Shown piece by piece: positions 27,209 to 34,776 of a stretch of 49,385 bases of DNA (the stretch's first letter is position 1; the number at the start of each line of letters is the position of its first letter). This stretch comes from Eubacteriales bacterium. Its GTDB lineage: Bacteria > Bacillota > Clostridia > Oscillospirales > QAKW01. The translations under genes were made by a program, and so were the position numbers. Below the pieces are notes generated by a model. The model worked only from the letters and a program-made list of their open reading frames with translations, was not told the origin of the DNA and did no database searches. Where the stretch lies: the NCBI GenBank assembly GCA_045546895.1, contig JAZQDS010000028.1:1-49385 (forward strand). The letters are read 5' to 3'.

Positions 27209-28318
27209 TTAGTTAACCAAGGTTTGCTCGGTCTCGGCATCAAAGAGATGGCAATGATCAAGGTTCAATGCAGCCTTAATAACATCGTCAGCAACAGCGG
27301 TGGAGGTAGGAGCAACGCGGGCAGTAAACTTGTTCTCTTCTGCATCCAGATAGAGGTAAGTCTCGGAACCCATCATTTCAGCAACCTCAACTCTGCAAGT
27401 AATTACATAGCCGGGCATCTTAGCAAGGTTCTCTTCTTCATCATGAACATGCTCAGGGCGAATACCAAGAACAACCTTCTGACCAACCTTTTCCTTAACT
27501 GCATCGTTGATCTTGCTCTCGGGCAGCTTCAGGCTATTACCGGCAAATTCAACATAATAACCATCAGCCTTCTCAACCAGATCAACCTTAACAAAGTTCA
27601 TTTGAGGAGAACCGATAAAGCCGGCAACGAACATATTGCAGGGATAGAGATACAGATTCTGAGGAGTATCAACCTGCTGAATCAGACCATCCTTCATAAC
27701 AACGATACGAGTCGCCATGGTCATCGCTTCTGTCTGGTCATGGGTAACATAGATGAAGGTAGTCTTCAAATTATGATGGATCTTGGAAAGCTCGGTTCTC
27801 ATCTGAGCACGCAGCTTAGCATCCAAGTTGGAAAGAGGCTCATCAAGCAAGAATACCTTAGGCTCACGAACGATAGCACGACCCAAAGCAACACGCTGAC
27901 GCTGACCACCGGAAAGAGCCTTCGGCTTTCTATCGAGCAAATGGCTGATATCCAAAATCTTGGCAGCTTCTTCAACTCTTCTCTTAATTTCATCCTTCGG
28001 GGTCTTTCTCAGCTTCAGGCCAAAAGCCATGTTATCGAAGCAGGTCATATGAGGATACAGCGCATAGTTCTGGAAAACCATCGCGATATCTCTATCCTTA
28101 GGAGCAACATCGTTAACCAGCTTATCGCCGATGAACAGCTCACCTTCGGTAATCTCTTCCAGACCGGCAATCATTCTGAGGGTGGTGGACTTACCGCAAC
28201 CGGAAGGACCTACCAGAACCAAGAATTCCTTATCTTCAATTTCCAGATTGAAATCGGAAACCGCGATAACGCCGCCGGGATATCTCTTATAAATACCTTT
28301 TAAAGACAAACTTGCCAT
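27209..28318 (-). CDS. msmX: Multiple-sugar ABC transporter ATP-binding protein (MsmX/MalK type, orphan)
   Basis: GPSGCGKST, FQNYALYPHM, LSGGQRQRVALGRA, DEPLSNLDAKLR, C-terminal TOBE region; no adjacent permease or SBP. Confidence 0.93.
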   Translation of the reverse strand: MASLSLKGIYKRYPGGVIAVSDFNLEIEDKEFLVLVGPSGCGKSTTLRMIAGLEEITEGELFIGDKLVNDVAPKDRDIAMVFQNYALYPHMTCFDNMAFGLKLRKTPKDEIKRRVEEAAKILDISHLLDRKPKALSGGQRQRVALGRAIVREPKVFLLDEPLSNLDAKLRAQMRTELSKIHHNLKTTFIYVTHDQTEAMTMATRIVVMKDGLIQQVDTPQNLYLYPCNMFVAGFIGSPQMNFVKVDLVEKADGYYVEFAGNSLKLPESKINDAVKEKVGQKVVLGIRPEHVHDEEENLAKMPGYVITCRVEVAEMMGSETYLYLDAEENKFTARVAPTSTAVADDVIKAALNLDHCHLFDAETEQTLVN

Positions 28319-28358
28319 CTTTATTGAACCTCCTGATGAAGCATATTATTATATGATA

Positions 28359-28387
28359 ACTATACCACAAGTGGTGTAAAATTGAAA
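28359..28387 (-). promoter_or_regulatory. Candidate msmX promoter (extended -10, poor -35)
   Basis: TTTCAA-17 bp-TATAGT with TG at the extended position. Confidence 0.45.
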
Positions 28388-28419
28388 TACTTTTTTTAAA
28401 CAAATTTATAGTTTACATT

Positions 28420-28436
28420 TTGTATATTCTGCACAA
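28420..28436. promoter_or_regulatory. Putative operator, copy 2
   Basis: TTGTATATTCTGCACAA within TTTTGT...ACAAAA, upstream of msmX. Confidence 0.65.
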
Positions 28437-28444
28437 AATGAACT

Positions 28445-28472
28445 CCCCTTCATCTAAATCAAGGGGTTTTTT
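28445..28472. terminator. Hairpin downstream of rsuA (U tract on the plus strand)
   Basis: CCCCTT-10 nt-AAGGGG-TTTTTT. Confidence 0.4.
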
Positions 28473-28491
28473 AGTTGATATTACCACTATA

Positions 28492-29190
28492 TTATTCCAC
28501 AGATTCCAGCGATTTAATCTCATGATCCGTTAAATATCTGCATTGCCCTTCTTTCAGCTGCTTGTCCAGCGTAAGACCGTGGATCGAATTTCGGTGCAGG
28601 GCAACAACTTCGTTTCCAAGCGCCGCGAACATCCTTTTTACCTGATGGAATTTTCCTTCACTTATTCTTAATATGCCTTCCTTCTCTCCTATTGAAAGAT
28701 AATACGCAGGCTTACAATGCGTGCCATCTTTAAAAACAATACCTTGCAACAGTTTTCTCTCATCCCCCGCCTTCAGCGGATCACGCAGCGTAACAGTATA
28801 CTCCTTAAAAATATCGCTTTTAGGAGCGAGAAGCCGATGGGCAAGCGGACCATTATTGGTGAGCAAAACAAGCCCTGTAGTATCCTTATCCAGCCGCCCG
28901 CAAACAAATAGATTACGACGCTGAAAATCCGGCGGAAGTAAATCAAAAACTGTTTTGCTCTTACTATCCCGATTGGCGCAAACATAACCGGCAGGTTTAT
29001 GAACCATGATATAAAAAAATTCTTGATAGGAAAGCTCATTTCCATCAAACAGCACTGCTTCATCTTTTATATGAACGCTTCCACTTTTGACAATGTTTCC
29101 ATCAACCGAAACTCTGCCGGCCGCTAATAACTTTTTAGCTTCTGTCCGAGTAATATTTAAGATATCACATAAAAACTTATCTATTCGCAT
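28492..29190 (-). CDS. rsuA: RsuA family rRNA pseudouridine synthase
   Basis: S4 domain MRIDKFL, HKPAGYV, GRLDKDTTGL, EGKFHQVKRMF. Confidence 0.92.
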   Translation of the reverse strand: MRIDKFLCDILNITRTEAKKLLAAGRVSVDGNIVKSGSVHIKDEAVLFDGNELSYQEFFYIMVHKPAGYVCANRDSKSKTVFDLLPPDFQRRNLFVCGRLDKDTTGLVLLTNNGPLAHRLLAPKSDIFKEYTVTLRDPLKAGDERKLLQGIVFKDGTHCKPAYYLSIGEKEGILRISEGKFHQVKRMFAALGNEVVALHRNSIHGLTLDKQLKEGQCRYLTDHEIKSLESVE

Positions 29191-29199
29191 TCTTTTTTA

Positions 29200-29223
29200 G
29201 GCTGCGCCATATATGGCGCAGCC
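29200..29223. repeat. Perfect 24-bp palindrome between the DUF4830-like gene and rsuA
   Basis: GGCTGCGCCATATATGGCGCAGCC. Confidence 0.8.
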
Positions 29224-29225
29224 CT

Positions 29226-29690
29226 TTACTCCTTTACAAAACCATGAACAAACCCATTTAAAACCGATGAAGATATATCTCCGCCTATAACACGACCGTT
29301 ATATATCAATACATTAGCAACAACATTTTCGTTTTGATCCGGATAATTTGTAACCTTATAAGTATACTTTTTAGCGCGATGTCCTTTATGTTTCTCAAGA
29401 TTAAATCCACTCATCTTCTGATATGCATTATATTCTTCATATACCGCATCAAACTCCGATGGAATAATAATCTCTTCAATCAGTTGGGGCTGCGGTTCTA
29501 CTTCGTAACCAAATGATTTCAAAAATGCCACCTGCTGCTCAATGGTTTTCGCAGTCGTATCAACTGAATTTTTCAAAACATCAGTTGTTGCCTTGGGGGA
29601 AAACACCGCAATTCCGCCAATTGTAAGGCATAGGGCGGCGCAAACGGCCCAGATTAAATTGCGATTCAATTTTACAGACCATATAAACAT
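29226..29690 (-). CDS. DUF4830-like membrane-anchored protein
   Basis: MFIWSVK N-terminus, TM, FLKSFGYEV, IPSEFD...YNAYQK.GFNL, RVIGGDIS. Confidence 0.75.
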   Translation of the reverse strand: MFIWSVKLNRNLIWAVCAALCLTIGGIAVFSPKATTDVLKNSVDTTAKTIEQQVAFLKSFGYEVEPQPQLIEEIIIPSEFDAVYEEYNAYQKMSGFNLEKHKGHRAKKYTYKVTNYPDQNENVVANVLIYNGRVIGGDISSSVLNGFVHGFVKE

Positions 29691-29721
29691 AGATCATCCT
29701 TCTTCCGAATAGATTTCTCTA

Positions 29722-29751
29722 ATTTATATGGTCTGTAATTAAAAATTATTC
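29722..29751 (-). promoter_or_regulatory. Candidate sigE promoter for the DUF4830-like gene
   Basis: GAATA-16 bp-CATATAAAT, same architecture as the spoIVA candidate. Confidence 0.55.
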
Positions 29752-31797
29752 AGCTTTTTCAGCAATTACTTTTTGAGTAATATTAGCGGGCGCCTCGCGA
29801 TACTCCAAAAATTCAAAATTAAAGGTAGAGCGTGCATGGGTCATGCTGCGCAGATCCATAGCATAAGAATTCATCTCGCTCAAAGGAACAATCGCGCTTA
29901 CAAGCTTATACCCTCTGGTCTCGGAAGCATCCATCGAAAGGATCTGACCACGGCGTTTATTGATATCTCCGATAATGTCGCCCATCAAAGCATCGGAAAC
30001 ATGAACGGTAAGTGTGCCGACCGGCTCGAGCAAAACAGGGCTTGCAGCCTTCATACCCTCTTTGAATGCGATCGATGCTGCAGTCTTAAAGGCCATTTCA
30101 GAGGAGTCAACGGGATGATAAGAACCATCCAGAAGTGTTGCCTTCAGGCCGGTAACGGGATAGCCTGCCAAAACGCCCTTATTGATGGATTCGCGCAATC
30201 CCTTTTCAACAGCGGGGAAATAGTTCTTAGGAACAGCGCCGCCGAAAACAGTTTCTGCAAATTCAAATTCACCTTCATAAAGGGGCTCAAACTCAATCCA
30301 AACATGGCCATACTGACCATGGCCGCCGGATTGCTTCTTGTGCTTTCCTTCAACCTTTACCTTCTTGCGAATGGCCTCGCGATAGGGTACCTTAACCTCC
30401 CCGAGTTCAACTTTTACGCCGAATTTAGAGGCCAGCTTGGATACAACAACATCCAGCTGCAGATCGCCAAAGCCGGAGAGAACAAGCTGCTTGGTTTCGG
30501 GATTGTTTTTCAATTCAAGCGTAGGATCCTCTTCAATCATACGATTGATACCCTGAGCAATCTTCTCTTCATCGCCCTTGGCCTGGGAAATAACAGCCTT
30601 ACTGTAATTTGCCTTGGGAAAATCAATTGCAGGGAAAACAACCTGATAATCCTTATCGCAAAGAGCATCAGAGGTTCCTGTAACAGCCAGCTTGGTGAAA
30701 ACGCCGATATCACCGGCTTCCAGCTCGGAAACCTCAATTTGCTTTTTACCAAACGGAATATAGATATGAGCGATCTTTTCGCCCTCATCATCAGTAGTAT
30801 TAATATAAGTAGTATCCTTCTTAACCTTGCCGGAATAAACCTTAAAGAAAGACATTTTACCAACAAACGGATCCGCAACCGTTTTGAATACGCGCATAAC
30901 GGTGGGGCCATCAGCCTTGCATTCCAGCTCAACCTCTTCCCCGCTCTTTTCAACTGAAACACTGCCTTTACAAAGAGGATTGGGGAAATAATGAACAATC
31001 GCATCCAACAGCTGATAAATACCGCGAACCTCGGTAGGAACGCCGCAGAATACAGGGTAAATCAATCGCAGCGCAACCGCATTCTTCATACCTTCTTCCA
31101 GCTCGGCCGCGGTAAATTCCTCTCCTGCAAAGAATTTATCCATCAAAGCATCATCCGTCTCGGCGATTGCTTCAAGCGCCTCGTTATAATAAGTGTTAAC
31201 CTTATCCTGCATATTGCCGGGAACAGGAACAACGCCCTGACCAAAACGATAGCCTTCGTTGGTAATAACATTAACGGTACCTACCAGCTTATTCTCTTCA
31301 ATAATCGGCAGAGTAATAGGCAGAATTTGAGTGCCGCCGAATTTAGCGTGAAGTTGCTCAACAATACTGTAGAAATCTGCATTTTCATCATCAAGACCGG
31401 TAATAAAGAAGGCGCGAGGCATCATACGGTCAGATGTTTTCTGCCATGCTTTTTCCGTACCAACAGAAACCGTATTCTTTGCAGTAAGAACAATCAACGC
31501 AAGATCAGCAACTTCCAAGCCTGAAATCTGATCACCTTCGTAATCATAGTTACCGGGAACATCGATCAAATTTACCTTAGTATTCTTATATTCAAAGGAA
31601 GCCATGGAAAGAGAAATCGAAATTTTACGCTTAATCTCCTCGGCGTCAAAATCAAGAACGGTATTTCCTTGCTCGATCTTTCCCATGCGTTCAGTCTGCT
31701 TTGTAAAATACAAAAGAGCCTCTGCGAGGGTGGTTTTACCATTCCCTTTGTGACCAATCAAACAGATGTTACGAATGTCTTTTGCGGGTGTGCTCAT
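29746..31797 (-). CDS. Elongation factor G-like paralogue (EF-G2) with divergent GTPase motifs
   Basis: EF-G domains present (FKTVADPFVGK, EEDPT, KQSGGHGQYGHV, DGSYHPVDSSEMAF, LLEP), but G1 GHKGNGKT, G2 RKISI, G3 DVPGN, G4 TGLD; not in an rpsL-rpsG-fusA-tuf context. Confidence 0.92.
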   Translation of the reverse strand: MSTPAKDIRNICLIGHKGNGKTTLAEALLYFTKQTERMGKIEQGNTVLDFDAEEIKRKISISLSMASFEYKNTKVNLIDVPGNYDYEGDQISGLEVADLALIVLTAKNTVSVGTEKAWQKTSDRMMPRAFFITGLDDENADFYSIVEQLHAKFGGTQILPITLPIIEENKLVGTVNVITNEGYRFGQGVVPVPGNMQDKVNTYYNEALEAIAETDDALMDKFFAGEEFTAAELEEGMKNAVALRLIYPVFCGVPTEVRGIYQLLDAIVHYFPNPLCKGSVSVEKSGEEVELECKADGPTVMRVFKTVADPFVGKMSFFKVYSGKVKKDTTYINTTDDEGEKIAHIYIPFGKKQIEVSELEAGDIGVFTKLAVTGTSDALCDKDYQVVFPAIDFPKANYSKAVISQAKGDEEKIAQGINRMIEEDPTLELKNNPETKQLVLSGFGDLQLDVVVSKLASKFGVKVELGEVKVPYREAIRKKVKVEGKHKKQSGGHGQYGHVWIEFEPLYEGEFEFAETVFGGAVPKNYFPAVEKGLRESINKGVLAGYPVTGLKATLLDGSYHPVDSSEMAFKTAASIAFKEGMKAASPVLLEPVGTLTVHVSDALMGDIIGDINKRRGQILSMDASETRGYKLVSAIVPLSEMNSYAMDLRSMTHARSTFNFEFLEYREAPANITQKVIAEKAE

Positions 31798-31855
31798 AAT
31801 AGTAATTTCTCCTTTCACAGCCTTTAATGACCGTTTATAAATGATTCATAGAAAT

Positions 31856-31884
31856 ATTATACAATATGAACAAACAAATTTCAA
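31856..31884 (-). promoter_or_regulatory. Sigma-A promoter for the EF-G paralogue
   Basis: TTGAAA-17 bp-TATAAT. Confidence 0.75.
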
Positions 31885-31896
31885 GTGTTTGATGAA

Positions 31897-33909
31897 TTAT
31901 TTGCAAATTATACAAATTGCACAAACCGGAAGGAACCAAATCGTTTGAAATGCCAAAATTTGAAGGGCTGTATTATCGCTATATCCCGCCAAAGCAATAA
32001 AAAACATCAGTACAATCGATAAAATGGCATAAATAATGCGGATAATCCCATTAATTTTCAACGCTGTAAGCAGCTTGCTGGCGCCATAAAGCGATGCCAA
32101 TAATCCCCGCGCGCGCGAAGTGGATGCAATCAAATCAGAGGATTTCGATTTTCGCTTCAAATACTCTTTGCAGCCAAATGCCGTTTCGGGGGTTACAAAA
32201 TGAAAGAGTTCCATATTTATTTGAGGATAAAGCTTTTTCAAAAGCGCTTCATTAAATAAAAAGTCGTTTGAAATCAGCCCTACGCTTACTTGCTCCTCAT
32301 CAGCCAATCGAATTGCCGCTTCTGTATTGGGATCACGCTCGAAGCTAACAAGGAAGATCCCCACAGCACTCTTATGATAAGCAACATAAACAGGATAATA
32401 GCATTCCTTAAGCTCCATCTTTTTGAATTGTTCCGGAATCTCAATATTAAAATGATTCATCAACAATTCATTACCGATCAAAAACATCTTACTATGAATA
32501 AGCGCGGAATATCCCATTCCCTCATGACAGTAAATATCATCAACCCGCGGAAGTTCAATTGATTTTTGATCAATCATCTTCATAAAGAGAGATTGGATCG
32601 GTGTGCCGACCTCTTTAAAAAGCGCGGCAATATTGGTAATCAGCGTATCAATCTCCATATCACCGATCGCTTTGATTCCCTGAAGAAGAACAGCTTCATC
32701 ACCCAGAAAGTCCTCTTCAGAAATGATCATAAGATCGGAATCTTCAAGATCCTTTGCCGCCTGCGCAGAAATCAATACACCGCCGTTTTTGCGCACCTTC
32801 TTCCCTACTTTTAAAACGGAAGTTGCATAATAATGCCTTGAGAAAAACGGAACAGAAATGGAAAAAGCAGCCGCAGGGAATAAAAGACCCGCCTGCCAAC
32901 CTGCAAGCTGAAAGACAGCAACAGTTCCCGCTATTATCAAAAAAATTGTCAAGAATAAAAATCGATACAGCTTGTGATCACATTCATAATCGCTGAAACA
33001 ACGCTCAATGCAACCGGAAACAAGCCCTGTGCGATGGGCATACATTACTTCCCCGCCCTCACCTGTTTCCAAGATCAAGCGATTATTAGTCTCAACTGCC
33101 GGCGGTACACTGACTGTAAGCTTATCAGAGCTGACAGAAAGCTTCTTGAAATTATTCTTAATATTAGAAGCTATTCTCTTTTTTGCAACAACATTGAAAT
33201 AAAGACCCAAAGACAAAATCAACTCCAGATTCAATGTTGATGGTAAAACATCCGGCCTGATGATTGCCGCAATTCTTACGCCCAAAACCGATATTGCAAG
33301 CAAGGCAAGCAAGGTATCGGTATTGGCCTTTGCGCGAAGCAATGCCCCGAGTCCCTCGATAAAAATACCAAAGGAAAAAATAATACATGCAATATCAACC
33401 GCCAAAAATGAGGCATCAAACCAAGCAGATTCCGTACCGTAGGCAAAAAGCGAAGGTACAAAACCGGAAATGAATAAATAGGTTGTTATAATTGAAATAA
33501 TTAAGAAGACAACGGATTTAACCGCCATTTTTCCAACCGTATTCTTCAAATCACGGTAAATCTCATCGCGGTCCTCTTGATCCTCGTAATCCTCGATATC
33601 CTCTGCTTCAGTATCATCAAAAACAGGTCGATTAGGGATTTCATCCTCATCATTATCATCCTCAACGCCATGAATCATGCGTTTCAACGGAGATTTTTCG
33701 CCGGAGAAATCTCGCTGTTTGCGAATCTCATCAAATAAATCCTCATCAACAACGCCGCAGGAGGGCTCTTCCGACTCCTCCATCTTTTTTTCATGCGCGC
33801 GAATCAAATCCTGCGTTTTTTCAACAAGCTCAACATCCTCCTGAAGCGCATTGATCTTGGCCATGATTTCGTCAAAAGCAGATTGCTGATCTTTGGGCTC
33901 AAAATTCAT
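31897..33909 (-). CDS. Membrane protein, degenerate P1B (heavy-metal) P-type ATPase homologue with acidic N-terminus
   Basis: GLGALLRAKANTDTLLAL, KNGGVLISAQA, HEGMGYSALIHSKMFLIGN, VYVAYHKSAVGIF resemble CopA/ZntA segments; DKTGT, CPC, TGD and GDGxND are absent. Confidence 0.7.
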   Translation of the reverse strand: MNFEPKDQQSAFDEIMAKINALQEDVELVEKTQDLIRAHEKKMEESEEPSCGVVDEDLFDEIRKQRDFSGEKSPLKRMIHGVEDDNDEDEIPNRPVFDDTEAEDIEDYEDQEDRDEIYRDLKNTVGKMAVKSVVFLIISIITTYLFISGFVPSLFAYGTESAWFDASFLAVDIACIIFSFGIFIEGLGALLRAKANTDTLLALLAISVLGVRIAAIIRPDVLPSTLNLELILSLGLYFNVVAKKRIASNIKNNFKKLSVSSDKLTVSVPPAVETNNRLILETGEGGEVMYAHRTGLVSGCIERCFSDYECDHKLYRFLFLTIFLIIAGTVAVFQLAGWQAGLLFPAAAFSISVPFFSRHYYATSVLKVGKKVRKNGGVLISAQAAKDLEDSDLMIISEEDFLGDEAVLLQGIKAIGDMEIDTLITNIAALFKEVGTPIQSLFMKMIDQKSIELPRVDDIYCHEGMGYSALIHSKMFLIGNELLMNHFNIEIPEQFKKMELKECYYPVYVAYHKSAVGIFLVSFERDPNTEAAIRLADEEQVSVGLISNDFLFNEALLKKLYPQINMELFHFVTPETAFGCKEYLKRKSKSSDLIASTSRARGLLASLYGASKLLTALKINGIIRIIYAILSIVLMFFIALAGYSDNTALQILAFQTIWFLPVCAICIICK

Positions 33910-33933
33910 AATTACCACCTTAATTCTATCGTC

Positions 33934-34686
33934 TTATCGCTGCTTTGCAATTTCCTGCATAATTACAGAAGCCGCTACCGATGCATTCAAACATGAAATA
34001 CGTCCCTTCATGGGAATACGAACGAAAAAATCACATTTTTCGCGCAACAGCCGCGAAATACCGCTTTCCTCGCTGCCTACAATTAATGCAACACCGCCGG
34101 AATAATCTTGCTCATAATAAACGTTCTCACCCGCCATATCACAGCCGTATACCCAAATATTCTTCTGGCGCAGCTCCTCCACCGCTTGCGCAAGATTTGC
34201 AACTCTCGCAACAGGAATATGATGGATTGCACCGCCGCTCGCTTTTGCGACCGATGGTGTAAGGCCTACCGCGCGCCGTTTGGAGATAATAACGCCATGC
34301 GCTCCAAAAGCATCTGCTGAACGTAAAATCGCGCCAAGATTATGGGGATCCACAATTTCATCTGCAATGATAATAAACGGCGGCTCACCGCGTTCATCGG
34401 CGACCTTAAGAATATCCTCTACAGACGAATAACTTTTTTGAGCACAATATGCAATAACACCTTGGTGATTCCCTTTAGGTACCTTCTTATTGATCATTGC
34501 CATATCTGTATGAACAATCGGAACCCCTGCAGATTTGCAGAGCGCAACAATCTTCTTATAATTGGGATTCTTAGTATCCCCCGCAAGCAGTACTCTTTCA
34601 ACAGGACTATCGGATTGCAATAATTCAGTTACATTATTTTTACCAAAAACAATTTCCGAAAAATTTTGTTCTTCAAGAGCCATCAT
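33934..34686 (-). CDS. rlmB: 23S rRNA (Gm2251) 2'-O-methyltransferase
   Basis: NHQGVIA, DPHNLGAILRSA, VGSEESG, IPMKGRISCLNASVA. Confidence 0.95.
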   Translation of the reverse strand: MMALEEQNFSEIVFGKNNVTELLQSDSPVERVLLAGDTKNPNYKKIVALCKSAGVPIVHTDMAMINKKVPKGNHQGVIAYCAQKSYSSVEDILKVADERGEPPFIIIADEIVDPHNLGAILRSADAFGAHGVIISKRRAVGLTPSVAKASGGAIHHIPVARVANLAQAVEELRQKNIWVYGCDMAGENVYYEQDYSGGVALIVGSEESGISRLLREKCDFFVRIPMKGRISCLNASVAASVIMQEIAKQR

Positions 34687-34734
34687 TATCTCTCCTAATT
34701 CAATTAATAACTTTATTATATAACATATTAAGAA

Positions 34735-34772
34735 AAAATGCTATCAAAAATAACAATTTTCGATAGCATTTT
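34735..34772 (-). terminator. Hairpin/terminator after the pseudo-P2 ATPase gene; overlaps a possible rlmB promoter (TAGCAT-17-TATAAT, 34715-34743)
   Basis: AAAATGCTATC...GATAGCATTTT inverted repeat with a T run. Confidence 0.55.
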
Positions 34773-34776
34773 CTAA

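Noticed and set aside
27224-28303. 359-aa plus-strand ORF opposite msmX
   Set aside because: Antisense shadow spanning almost exactly the real gene.
29773-31524. 394-aa and 177-aa plus-strand ORFs opposite the EF-G paralogue
   Set aside because: Antisense shadows with no independent evidence.
31857-31924. Two TTAT-N9-ACAA sequences resembling the operator motif upstream of the EF-G paralogue
   Set aside because: One coincides with the -10 box and the other lies in coding sequence; the left half-site deviates. Worth rescoring with a PWM but not supportable by eye.
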